From: Candidatus Lokiarchaeum ossiferum
Lineage (GTDB): Archaea > Asgardarchaeota > Lokiarchaeia > Sigyniarchaeales > Promethearchaeaceae
Direction of reading: 5' to 3'
NCBI GenBank assembly: GCA_025839675.1
Contig: CP104013.1
Location: forward strand, 5,430,001 to 5,462,000
Length of the DNA stretch: 32,000 nt
Below are positions 16,311-25,605 of the stretch, piece after piece. Each line of letters starts with the position of its first letter. Position 1 is the first letter of the stretch. Under the pieces are notes generated by a model. That model made no database searches. It was not told the origin of the DNA and was given only the letters and a program-made list of their open reading frames with translations. The translations under genes and the position numbers were made by a program.

Positions 16311-17687
16311 TCATTTTTTTTGAAGAAAGCTTTTGATTGAAGGGATTTTCTCTTGAAATTCGGATAATACCCCAATGAAAGGTTTTTCAGTTAAATTCTC
16401 CAAAATTCTCTTTATACCGTACAATTTGGTTTCTTTTAGCTCTAAATTCCCTTCTGCTAAAAATGAAATGTAGTAACCTTTGACCTCAGAAAATAGTATA
16501 AATCTATATCTCTGAAATCCTAATTTAACTGAAATCCAGTGAGGCATAAGTGTTGTATTGGCTATTGTATTCGCCGCAATTGCTTCGATTTTAGCGGTGA
16601 TAAGCGCTTCTTTTAACTCTATTAAATTTTCCTCCGCATCAGGATCATCAAGATCAATGGGTGGCAACCCAGTGATTTCTAGATGACTGGAGATCAAACT
16701 TGAAATGACTCCGATTGATTGATAACTTAGCCCAAAATAATCTATTCGCAAGAAATCATCAACCGATTGGAGAGTATTTGGTGAAAAGATATCATCGAAC
16801 TTCACATATTCTTCCAACATATACAATACTCGCTTTTCAAAATTCTGAGTTAACTTGTACAATTCAATTTTTGATAGTATTGATGGGTCTCTTGATTGCA
16901 AAAGTTCATGAAATGCCACTTTCATCTGATTTAGCAACCAAGCCGCTTTTTTATCTTGAAAATTACCAAATATCATGAATAGTAGTTGGGGGCTTCCCAA
17001 ATAGTAACAAATTTCTTCAGCTCCACCTTTTGGAGGTGCTAATAACATGCGATCCAACTCCCCACTTAAAATAGATGTTGCAATATAATCTAAATTGGAC
17101 CCCAATTCCAAAAAATATTCATATTTTGAATTTGATGAAAAGAGATTTTGGCGTTCTTTGGTTATTATCCCCATAAATTTCATGAATTCCCCATGATTTC
17201 CCAAAAAAATTTTGTCTTGGCTGAGATCAGCTTTAAACTTTGTTTTTGCCTTGACCCGCACCCGGTGATCAGAATCTGAGATTTTTGATTTGGAAATAGC
17301 AATATTACCTACATTTTCATTAGGTTGGTACGCTTGATTTGAAAAGATAACTCCTTTTTTTGTGTTTATCTTGAGATTTCTAGTCAAATCATCAGCTTTC
17401 TTCATCTCAGATGCTGTTGGAGGAAGAAGTGTATTAAATACTGGTTTTTTTGTCGAGATCTTGTTTTTCCGGTTCGAACAATCACTCTGGTGAATGGAAA
17501 TGTTGAATAATGACGCACTATTTTCTGTTGAAGTTGTGAAATTCCCTTCTTTTTTTTCATTTTCCTCTACTAAAACACTTGAATCGAATGCGCATTTGCA
17601 ATTTGGACAATAAATTGGATAAGGAGAATATGCGATATAATTGCACTCTGGACACTTTTTTTTTTTAGTTTTATCCGAAAATAACAT
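16311..17687 (-). CDS. Zinc-ribbon protein (CPEC...CPNC) with a low-complexity linker and a C-terminal globular region of about 300 aa of unknown function
   Basis: 458 aa. The N-terminus KKCPECNYIAYSPYPIYCPNCKCAF is a classical 4-Cys zinc ribbon. An S/N/K-rich stretch follows. There is no oligo-U tract in the 83-bp gap to the downstream gene at 15118..16227. Confidence 0.6.
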   Translation of the reverse strand: MLFSDKTKKKKCPECNYIAYSPYPIYCPNCKCAFDSSVLVEENEKKEGNFTTSTENSASLFNISIHQSDCSNRKNKISTKKPVFNTLLPPTASEMKKADDLTRNLKINTKKGVIFSNQAYQPNENVGNIAISKSKISDSDHRVRVKAKTKFKADLSQDKIFLGNHGEFMKFMGIITKERQNLFSSNSKYEYFLELGSNLDYIATSILSGELDRMLLAPPKGGAEEICYYLGSPQLLFMIFGNFQDKKAAWLLNQMKVAFHELLQSRDPSILSKIELYKLTQNFEKRVLYMLEEYVKFDDIFSPNTLQSVDDFLRIDYFGLSYQSIGVISSLISSHLEITGLPPIDLDDPDAEENLIELKEALITAKIEAIAANTIANTTLMPHWISVKLGFQRYRFILFSEVKGYYISFLAEGNLELKETKLYGIKRILENLTEKPFIGVLSEFQEKIPSIKSFLQKK

Positions 17688-17924
17688 CTATTAGTTCTTA
17701 TGTGGGTATTGACCAATAAAAAAGTTCCTTCAAAATTCAGAAAAATGAACAAAATTGGTCAGACTTTTCAATACAGGATTACGTTTTTTGATGGTAGAAT
17801 TCTTATCATACGATAACCTAAATTTCCCAAAAGTAATGGAAAAAAAGGGAAATAGGTGGAGAGACTCTTAATTCGCATTTTTTGAATGGATATGACATAT
17901 TTCTTGATCTTTTATTCTTTATGT

Positions 17925-19247
17925 TTATTCTTTCAAGACATTTTCCATATGTTGAATTCTTTTATCCAAAACTTCTTGAGTCCCGATATCAGTTCGATGA
18001 AACAACGCGCCTGAGACAAACTTAGTTCCTTCCTCAGCAATTTTTTCAGCTTCACTTAAAGTATTGGCAATTCCTATTATTCCTATAGCCCTTGATGTGG
18101 ATGAATAAACTTTTCCATTTTCTTCACTCACAGAAGCATAATATAATTTTGCCCCTATTTTTTCTAATGCCTCCTTATCAACAATAATTTCGGAGTGGGA
18201 AACTGGGTTAACTGGATATCCTTCAGGTACCAAGTATTTGCAAACCGTGGCTTTTTGTTCAAATTCTAAAGGTTTCAGAAGTGTGCCTGCCAAAATATCC
18301 TGACAAACGGTGACAAAATTTGATTTCATAATCGTTAGAATGTTCATTGCTTCTGGATCACCGAATCGGATGTTAAATTCAACAATTTTTAGCCCTTTTT
18401 GAGTTTTCATGAATTGACCGTAAAGAATACCTTTATATTCCTGTTTAGTTTCTTCAGCAATGGCTGCAACTACTTTATGCATTTGATCATTTGCATAGGA
18501 TACATCCTCTTTGCTCACGAATGGAAGTAAATTGTCACCCATGGAATAGGATCCCATTCCTCCCGTATTTGGGCCTTCATCTCCGTTGTAGGCTCGTTTA
18601 TTATCTTGGACTAGGGGAGTTCCCACTACATTTTTCCCATCTACGAAACAGATGTAAGTAAATTCTTCCCCATCAAGTTTTTCTTCGATGATAACTCTTC
18701 CATTTTCATCAAATATTTCATTACAATATGTGTAAATATCTTCTTCAGAATGTAAGTGATCTCCCCATACCTTAACACCTTTTCCGCCAGTCAAGCCATC
18801 CGGTTTTACAACAACATTTTCTTTTCCAATTTTATGGACAAAGTCTTTAATTTCGTCCATATCTTTGAATTGTTTAAACATGATGTTAGATTCGATTTTG
18901 TATTTTTCCAAAAGGGAACGCATGAAAATTTTGGATCCTTCCAATTGAGCACATTCGATAGTTGGACCAACCGTTGGGATATCTTGAGCTTGTAGAGCAT
19001 TGGCAACGCCAATAACTAGTGGGGCTTCGGGACCAACAATTGCAAAATCGACTTTATTTAACTTGGCATAGTCTATCATTGCTGAAAAATTACTAAGATT
19101 GTCGATGATTATCTCATCATTGCATAGTCGTGCGATAGCAGGATTTTTTTTGCTCATAAATGCACAAATTGTGGCGCCTCCTTTTATCAAGGCTTCTGCC
19201 ATAACATGTTCACGTGCTCCATTTCCTATTAAAAGTACTTTTACCAT
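17925..19247 (-). CDS. purD: Phosphoribosylamine-glycine ligase (GAR synthetase)
   Basis: 440 aa. It has MVKVLLIGNGAREHVMAEAL at the N-terminus, an ATP-grasp core (VVVKPDGLTGGKGV, EEKLDGEEF, EFNIRFGDPE) and the C-terminal SSTSRAIGI motif. Confidence 0.93.
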   Translation of the reverse strand: MVKVLLIGNGAREHVMAEALIKGGATICAFMSKKNPAIARLCNDEIIIDNLSNFSAMIDYAKLNKVDFAIVGPEAPLVIGVANALQAQDIPTVGPTIECAQLEGSKIFMRSLLEKYKIESNIMFKQFKDMDEIKDFVHKIGKENVVVKPDGLTGGKGVKVWGDHLHSEEDIYTYCNEIFDENGRVIIEEKLDGEEFTYICFVDGKNVVGTPLVQDNKRAYNGDEGPNTGGMGSYSMGDNLLPFVSKEDVSYANDQMHKVVAAIAEETKQEYKGILYGQFMKTQKGLKIVEFNIRFGDPEAMNILTIMKSNFVTVCQDILAGTLLKPLEFEQKATVCKYLVPEGYPVNPVSHSEIIVDKEALEKIGAKLYYASVSEENGKVYSSTSRAIGIIGIANTLSEAEKIAEEGTKFVSGALFHRTDIGTQEVLDKRIQHMENVLKE

Positions 19248-19281
19248 TATTTTTTCACTGATGCTTCTAATGTTTGAGAAT

Positions 19282-19290
19282 AAAAAAAAA
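19282..19290 (-). terminator. U9 tract between the YciI-like gene and purD
   Basis: The plus strand has A9 at 19282-19290, 15 nt downstream (minus sense) of the stop at 19305. Confidence 0.35.
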
Positions 19291-19304
19291 CAAATATTGA
19301 TCCT

Positions 19305-19598
19305 TTAACAATTTGCTTTATTCGAAACAATTTTTAATTTCCACTCATAAAGTTTGTACTTATAGGCTTTGGTCACAATTAGGGGATCTGATTCACTTAT
19401 CTTCCTTGCTTCATTTAAATTTGCAGTTTGGAATAGAATCATACCTCCAGGTACATTTTGAAATCCTCCTCCTATTAATTTTATTTCAGATGTAATTTGA
19501 GTGAGATATTGCAAGTGATTTTTATATATTTCTTCAGTCAGATGTATATTGTCATTTTTTTCATCTATTCGTACGAACCAAATCTCTTCTTCTTTCAT
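19305..19598 (-). CDS. YciI-like (dimeric alpha/beta barrel) family protein
   Basis: 97 aa. The pattern HLQYL...GGGF...GGMILFQTANLNEARKISESDPLIVTKAYKYKLYEW resembles the YciI signature (Hxxyl...G...G...a.s.eeA...DPf...w). Confidence 0.5.
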   Translation of the reverse strand: MKEEEIWFVRIDEKNDNIHLTEEIYKNHLQYLTQITSEIKLIGGGFQNVPGGMILFQTANLNEARKISESDPLIVTKAYKYKLYEWKLKIVSNKANC

Positions 19599-19673
19599 TT
19601 TAAATTAAACCTTCAATTTTCTTCATGATTGGTAAAAGGTTATATATTATTTGGATTTTAATGTAAAATAACT

Positions 19674-20432
19674 ATGAAAATTATTTCTTGGAACGTAAAC
19701 GGTATAAACTCATCTATCAAAAAAGGGTTTTTTAAATTCATTGAATCCGAAAAAGCTGAGATTTATTGCTTACAGGAAATCAAAGTTTCAGAAAAAACCA
19801 TCGATAAATCCTTTCAAGCACCTGAAGGATATCAGATGTACTGGAATCAAGCAGAACGGAAAGGATATAGTGGAACTATGGTTTTAACTAATGTAGAACC
19901 TTTAACGGTTCAATTTGGGATGGGGATCGATGAATTTGATACTGAAGGTCGTTTATTAACTTTAGAATTTGACAATTTCTATCTAATCAATGCTTATATT
20001 CCTAACGCCGGTAGGGGACTGCCCCGTCTTGATTTTAAACTCGATTATAATCAAAAATTATATGCTTTTATGGAAAACCTCCAAAAAGAAAAAAATGTTA
20101 TTCTTTGTGGTGATTTAAATGTTGCCCACAAGGAAATCGATCTAACTAATCCCAAATCAAATAAGAAAAACGCTGGTTTTACTATTGAAGAACGCAATTC
20201 TTTTACAGAATTGTTGGATCTTGGATATATTGATAGTTTTCGAGAGTTTGAATCTGAAGGAGGACATTATACTTGGTGGTCTTATCGAAATGATGCTCGG
20301 GCAAGAAATATCGGCTGGCGTCTTGATTATTTTGTAGTAAATGCCGAATTTATGCCAAAAATTAGTCAGAGCTCTATTTTATCTGATGTAATTGGGTCCG
20401 ATCACTGTCCAATAAAGTTGGAATTGAAATAA
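19674..20432 (+). CDS. xth: Exodeoxyribonuclease III / AP endonuclease (EEP fold)
   Basis: 252 aa. Motifs: MKIISWNVNGI, CLQEIK, GYSGT, GDLNVAH, WWSYR, SDHCPI. This is the full set of ExoIII/APE1 catalytic motifs. Confidence 0.92.
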   Translation: MKIISWNVNGINSSIKKGFFKFIESEKAEIYCLQEIKVSEKTIDKSFQAPEGYQMYWNQAERKGYSGTMVLTNVEPLTVQFGMGIDEFDTEGRLLTLEFDNFYLINAYIPNAGRGLPRLDFKLDYNQKLYAFMENLQKEKNVILCGDLNVAHKEIDLTNPKSNKKNAGFTIEERNSFTELLDLGYIDSFREFESEGGHYTWWSYRNDARARNIGWRLDYFVVNAEFMPKISQSSILSDVIGSDHCPIKLELK

Positions 20433-20436
20433 GCAC

Positions 20437-20444
20437 TTTTTTTT
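20437..20444 (+). terminator. T8 tract after xth
   Basis: gcacttttttttaat lies 5 nt after the TAA stop. Confidence 0.4.
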
Positions 20445-20481
20445 AATTTATTGCAGTTCGAACTCATTGTAGGTTGAGAAA

Positions 20482-21441
20482 TTGAAGAAAATTTACTGCA
20501 TCGGATCTATAAATCAAGATAATTATCAAATCGATTCTGAAAATCACATCTTTTTAGGAGGTAGTGCATGTAATACTGCTTTTTTTTTAAATACCTTGAT
20601 GGAAAAGGATAAATTCTCCGTTTTTTTAGTTGGGATAGTTGGAACGGATTCAGAAGGAGATTTTATTAATTCTCAGCTTGAGAAAAAGGGTTTTAACCTA
20701 AAATATATTGAAAAAATTGTTGGGAGATCTGGTTCAAATCAAATTTATGTTGATATAAATGGTGAACGAAGAATAGCTCGGTTGAAGTCAAATTCAGCAG
20801 CATTAAAAAAATATCTACAATCCTTGGATTTTCAAGAAATGGGGGAAAATCCACTAGTTCATTACAAAGGAGACCTTCAAAATCTTTCAATTATTTTAAA
20901 AAAGTTGAATGAAATTCTTTCTTGTGATATTTCAGGTTTAATTCACAATTTTGATGAAACAAGCTCTCATGATATTGCCGAATTTAAAAAAATAATGATA
21001 AATGTTCTGCAAAGAAAGAAAATACATATTTTATTTGGAAATCATGAAGAATTCAATAAGCTATCTACACTGCTAGGCGAAAATCCAATTTCATTCGAAA
21101 AATGGCAGAAAAATATCACTTTATTGCAAAATAATATGTGCATTCTTCGTTCTTACTTCAATGCAGATGTTATCGCGCTTAAACAAGGTCGAATTGGTGC
21201 AAAAGTGTTTGATTCTAATATTGCGTATGTTAGTGCTGCATTAAGCGTCGATGTTAAAGATTCTACTGGTGCTGGTGATGCTTTTAATGCGGGATTTCTC
21301 TTTGGATATCTCAGTGATTTTTCTTTAAAAAAATGCTTGGAATATGCCACAGTTTTGGGGTCTTTAAATTGTACCCAATTTGGAGGACAATCGCTAAAAA
21401 TTTCAGTCAAAGAGTTAAATAATTTTGTGAAAAATCTTTAA
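20482..21441 (+). CDS. PfkB-family carbohydrate/nucleoside kinase (ribokinase-like)
   Basis: 319 aa. It has the N-terminal IYCIGSINQD and the C-terminal PfkB signature DSTGAGDAFNAGFLFG. TTG start. The substrate cannot be assigned. Confidence 0.8.
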   Translation: MKKIYCIGSINQDNYQIDSENHIFLGGSACNTAFFLNTLMEKDKFSVFLVGIVGTDSEGDFINSQLEKKGFNLKYIEKIVGRSGSNQIYVDINGERRIARLKSNSAALKKYLQSLDFQEMGENPLVHYKGDLQNLSIILKKLNEILSCDISGLIHNFDETSSHDIAEFKKIMINVLQRKKIHILFGNHEEFNKLSTLLGENPISFEKWQKNITLLQNNMCILRSYFNADVIALKQGRIGAKVFDSNIAYVSAALSVDVKDSTGAGDAFNAGFLFGYLSDFSLKKCLEYATVLGSLNCTQFGGQSLKISVKELNNFVKNL

Positions 21442-21473
21442 TACCATAAAAGAGAATAGTCAATAGAGAAGAA

Positions 21474-21842
21474 ATGATCTCGGATATCAGAACCCAATTT
21501 CAAAGTTTCACACTATTCACATATATTTATTTCAGCTTAGCAATAATATTCCTATTGGTTGCCTATTTTTCAATTCCAAAAATGAACAGATCCCTTGCTG
21601 GAAAAGTAATCTCTTTAATTCTGGTGATCTGGGCTTTTACTCTAATTAATTTTCCATTTTTGTGGATTCTGATAGCATTATCTGTTGGACTACTTTATTC
21701 TATTTTTAATGATTCTCGATTGCAACAATTATTCATTATAGATGAAGATATTTTATTTGTGGATAAAAAACCGCAAGTTTGGGAGAAATTTGAAGTGCCT
21801 CCAGAACTGAGAGTAAATAATCCGGAGGGCCTTGAATCATGA
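21474..21842 (+). CDS. Small membrane protein (3 predicted TM helices plus a soluble tail)
   Basis: 122-aa ORF. Its TGA stop overlaps the ATG of the next gene (ATGA at 21839-21842). Confidence 0.5.
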   Translation: MISDIRTQFQSFTLFTYIYFSLAIIFLLVAYFSIPKMNRSLAGKVISLILVIWAFTLINFPFLWILIALSVGLLYSIFNDSRLQQLFIIDEDILFVDKKPQVWEKFEVPPELRVNNPEGLES

Positions 21843-23293
21843 ATTCATATCTTTTATTAAATTCACCCTTAATTATTCTCTGTATTGGGCTTATATTGGC
21901 AATTCCAGATCGTAAAAAATTACAGAAGGGGTATCTTTCAACACTTATTTCTCTTATTCTGGCATTTTGTGCCAATACATTAAATCTTGTCTTCATTTTA
22001 ACTGATAATTCTCTGATATTGAATGAGAACAATTTATCCGTTTCCAGTTCTCCTCTCACTTATTGGATTGCCGAAATGTTCTTGTTTGTAGAAATTTTAT
22101 TCTATATAACTGGAAAAAACCCGATGCAAGTTTTTCATTCTCAATCACAATTTAATTTTATATTCTTAATGTTTGCAATTGGAATCCTTGGGATGATTTC
22201 TACTTTGAATCTTGCAATATTGGGTATGTTCTTACTTTGGACTCAAGTCTGTATCTATTATTTATTCTTTTTTGGGACTTACAAAAAAAACTTGAACACT
22301 ATTCGTATGTATAAGCAAATTATGATTATATCAACCATTATTTTGTTCAGTACTTTGGGTTTTCTTTATTTTATTGCGGGGACACTCAATATCTTGAGTT
22401 TAATCGTTTTATATACTACTTTCTCCCAAACCTCCCAAATAATAATTTTCCTTGGAATAATTCTGGGCGTAGGATTAAATTGTGGATTTTTCCCTATTTT
22501 GAATGGTCATCTCAAACAATACTACCTCGAATCGAATTTTATGAATCTATGGCTATATTCAACAATATTTGTTCCTGCATTAGCCTTTATTAGTTTGCGA
22601 TTGTTCTCAATTTTTTCTTTTTCCCAATCAAACCTGTATATCATCGGCGTTTTGTTGGCCGCGGTTTCTGGAGTATATTTTCTTCTTAATATTATTTATC
22701 AAGTATTCAAAAAAAATGTCCATGAAAAACGATGGATTTATCTGTTATTTGGAAATTTTTCCAGTTTAGAATATTTTGTTTACCTTTTAATTGGTCTCCA
22801 TTTAATTCCCATTAATTTGGATATAATAATGCTAAAAAATACCCTTATTTTTAATCTATTTTTGATTAGTATTATTGGAAAAGCTTTAATTTACGAAACA
22901 TTAACTCCAATCTTCCCACTTTTTGACAATTTCTATCTCAAAAATGTATCCCGTTTATTCAAAACCAATACATTTCATGCAATATTCTTGTGTATCCTTC
23001 CCCTTTTCTTCTTTTCTCCATATTTATCTGGTTATCAGTTAATCCAAGAATTATTGATTCTGTTTTTAGAAGATTTTCCTCAGATTTCTGTATTTTCTTG
23101 GCTTTCATTTGGGATAATTGGTGGATTCTTTATAGCACTTCTATTAATAATCGGGAAAATTATTACAGAGTGCTTAATTGGGACTAGTAAAAATGATGAA
23201 AAAATTAAAGTCGAAATGCACTCATCAATGACTTATTTAACGCCAATTATATTACTCGGGTCCTTCATTATTTTATTCATTTTTGTACCATAA
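21839..23293 (+). CDS. Polytopic membrane protein (about 14 TM helices), function unknown
   Basis: 484 aa and almost entirely hydrophobic. It is translationally coupled to the upstream small membrane protein. Any resemblance to antiporter-like (NuoN/Mrp) subunits is too weak to call. Confidence 0.55.
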   Translation: MNSYLLLNSPLIILCIGLILAIPDRKKLQKGYLSTLISLILAFCANTLNLVFILTDNSLILNENNLSVSSSPLTYWIAEMFLFVEILFYITGKNPMQVFHSQSQFNFIFLMFAIGILGMISTLNLAILGMFLLWTQVCIYYLFFFGTYKKNLNTIRMYKQIMIISTIILFSTLGFLYFIAGTLNILSLIVLYTTFSQTSQIIIFLGIILGVGLNCGFFPILNGHLKQYYLESNFMNLWLYSTIFVPALAFISLRLFSIFSFSQSNLYIIGVLLAAVSGVYFLLNIIYQVFKKNVHEKRWIYLLFGNFSSLEYFVYLLIGLHLIPINLDIIMLKNTLIFNLFLISIIGKALIYETLTPIFPLFDNFYLKNVSRLFKTNTFHAIFLCILPLFFFSPYLSGYQLIQELLILFLEDFPQISVFSWLSFGIIGGFFIALLLIIGKIITECLIGTSKNDEKIKVEMHSSMTYLTPIILLGSFIILFIFVP

Positions 23294-23370
23294 GATATTG
23301 CTTCCAAAGTTTTTTCTTATATTCTTCATTTATTACAACATTCAAAGTAAATTTATTTAGAAATCTATAA

Positions 23371-24822
23371 GTGAAAACTATGTTTGGAACATGTGGAATA
23401 AGGAAAATTTATTCAAGTTATGATAAATCTGAAAAAACTTTTACTCCATCAATGGCAGTTAGACTTGGGCTTGCGTTAGGTACTTTCTTAGATATGCAAG
23501 GTAAGCGTGAAGTCATTATTGGCCGAGATGTGCGAACTACATCCAAAGCGATTGAATATGCTTTAGTGAGTGGATTAATGAGTTCGGGGTGTAAAGTTTT
23601 CACAATTGGAATGGTAACTACTCCAACATTATGTATGTCCATTGACTTCTTACGGGCTGATCTTGGTGTTATGATCACAGCATCCCATAATCCTCCTCAA
23701 TATATTGGTGTAAAATTATTCGGCCCGGGGGGGTTAGGTTTATCTCCTGAGGAAGAGCAATCCATTGAAAAAATTTATCAAGATCGCAGCTTTATGTCAA
23801 AGGCTTGGTATGAACAAGGGTCCGTCTCTGAGGTTCAGCGGATCAATGAAACTCATGTTAAAAAAATTCTCAAAAAGACTAAGTTCAAAGCAACTCGTAA
23901 TATAAAAGTTCTTGTAGATCCAGGTAATGGTTCTGGATCGCATATTGGGCCCATGTTACTTAACCGGATGGGTTTGAAATACATTACGTTGAATTCTCAG
24001 CCTGATGGGACCTTTCCTGGACGATATTCAGAACCGAGCGAGAAAAACTTAAAATACTTAAGACATTTTGTAGCAACGTCTCACGAAATTGATTTAGGCA
24101 TTGCTTTCGATGGTGATGCGGATCGTGTTGTATTCGTTGATGAAACTGGGCTAATAATTGAACCCATTCGTGTACTTACCTTTTTAGCTCGTGAATATGT
24201 GAAAGATAAATATCCTGATCCCACAAAACGTATCAATTTATCTGTTGCGACTCCTGTAAACTCTTCAGGTGTAATAGAGCATGTATTGGAACCTTTAGGT
24301 GTTAAAGTATACAGAACTAAAGTGGGTGATATCAACGTATCCTTAACGATGAATGAGCATCATGGGTTTATGGGAGGCGAAAATTGTGGAGTGTATATCC
24401 AGCCTGAATTTTCGGGACATAACGGCCCCGATACGTTAATGGCAATTGTGCTTTTATTGAAATATTTAGGAAAATATGATGTGAAAATTAGCGAATTATT
24501 AGAAGAAATTCCCGAATTTTCATATAGCAAAGGAGAATTGCATTTAAAACACGATCAAATCTTTTCTTTGGAGAATTATAAAAATATCAGGGATGAATTG
24601 ATCCCCCTGTTAGAAAATTCGGGTTTTTCATCTTTTCAAGAAACTTATGTTGATGGATTACACATTCGGTTCAATAGTGGATGGATTTTAATTCGAAAAT
24701 CTGGAACAACTCCTATTATGCGCCTTACAGTAGAAGGTCATAATGATGCAGTTGCTTCAAAAATTCAAGAGATTGGGGAAAAAGTAATCAAAAAATTGAT
24801 CGATATTGTCGATTCTGATTAA
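23371..24822 (+). CDS. glmM: Phosphoglucosamine mutase / phosphomannomutase (alpha-D-phosphohexomutase family)
   Basis: It has the active-site Ser loop ITASHNPPQYIGVKL, the Mg-binding loop FDGDADR, the sugar-binding GGENCG and the phosphate-binding RKSGTTP. GTG at 23371; alternative ATG at 23380 (MFGTCGIRK). Substrate specificity (GlcN vs Glc/Man) cannot be determined from sequence alone. Confidence 0.85.
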   Translation: MKTMFGTCGIRKIYSSYDKSEKTFTPSMAVRLGLALGTFLDMQGKREVIIGRDVRTTSKAIEYALVSGLMSSGCKVFTIGMVTTPTLCMSIDFLRADLGVMITASHNPPQYIGVKLFGPGGLGLSPEEEQSIEKIYQDRSFMSKAWYEQGSVSEVQRINETHVKKILKKTKFKATRNIKVLVDPGNGSGSHIGPMLLNRMGLKYITLNSQPDGTFPGRYSEPSEKNLKYLRHFVATSHEIDLGIAFDGDADRVVFVDETGLIIEPIRVLTFLAREYVKDKYPDPTKRINLSVATPVNSSGVIEHVLEPLGVKVYRTKVGDINVSLTMNEHHGFMGGENCGVYIQPEFSGHNGPDTLMAIVLLLKYLGKYDVKISELLEEIPEFSYSKGELHLKHDQIFSLENYKNIRDELIPLLENSGFSSFQETYVDGLHIRFNSGWILIRKSGTTPIMRLTVEGHNDAVASKIQEIGEKVIKKLIDIVDSD

Positions 24823-24831
24823 AATATAGTT

Positions 24832-25551
24832 TTATTTTTTTTTCTCTGATATATGCTGTTGAAGCTTTTTTTTCAATCGTGATTGATAGGATTTTTTTGC
24901 AGTTTCTGATACGGGCTTTTTTGAGGGCTCTTTTTGCTTATCGGTCATATTTAGGATGATTCTGAGATAATTTTCTGCAGAAGCTGTTATTTTTCCTTCT
25001 TTAACCGCGGTGTTCCACTTCTTTATGAGAACATGTTCCGAAAGAATTTCCTTCACTGCTTGTTGTCCATCCTTTAACCAAGGTTCAGCAATAATTTCCG
25101 GAGAATTATCACTTATACCAGGGCAATATTCTAAAGATTTTTCTGTATATCGCATGTGAATATCAATTTTCTTTTTGCCACTTTTATCCGCTATAGAATG
25201 AAAATTAAATGGAAAAGTTCGACAAATTGAGGGTCGGGCTTTATAGATTTTACATTTATTATGCTTATTTAGAAAAATACATCTTCCATCTTCTTGTTTT
25301 CGTAATCCCAAAAAAGCGCCCCCATTTTCTGTTTGAATTGGTGGGACAACCATTTGCTTTAATTGTTGCTCAGTGGGATCTTCTTCAAACATATAAAATC
25401 CAACAAAGTTGAGAAAATCTGAAAGAGTGTATTTTTTCTCATATTCCATCCGTAAAATGTCGGTATAGGTAAGATTTACTATTGTATTTTTGTCCGAACA
25501 ACATTTTCCGCACTTTATACATTCAAAATGGTAAGTTTTATCATTCTTCAT
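24832..25551 (-). CDS. YkgJ-type CxxCxxCC zinc/iron-chelating domain protein with a lysine-rich C-terminal tail
   Basis: 239 aa. It has FECIKCGKCCSD at the N-terminus and later CKIYKARPSICRTFPF, the UPF0153/YkgJ pattern. The tail is KQKEPSKKP...RLKKKLQQHISEKKK. Confidence 0.6.
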   Translation of the reverse strand: MKNDKTYHFECIKCGKCCSDKNTIVNLTYTDILRMEYEKKYTLSDFLNFVGFYMFEEDPTEQQLKQMVVPPIQTENGGAFLGLRKQEDGRCIFLNKHNKCKIYKARPSICRTFPFNFHSIADKSGKKKIDIHMRYTEKSLEYCPGISDNSPEIIAEPWLKDGQQAVKEILSEHVLIKKWNTAVKEGKITASAENYLRIILNMTDKQKEPSKKPVSETAKKSYQSRLKKKLQQHISEKKK

Positions 25552-25605
25552 AAATATACTTATACTAACCTATCCCAAAATTTGAGTTTTTGGAATTTAC
25601 TGTGG

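Noticed and set aside
21839-23293. 484-aa membrane protein as a NuoN/Mrp antiporter-like subunit
   Set aside because: Only a loose resemblance (FPILNGHL vs PLHxWLP) was found. The conserved charged Lys/Glu and His residues could not be aligned by eye. It is left as an unknown polytopic membrane protein.
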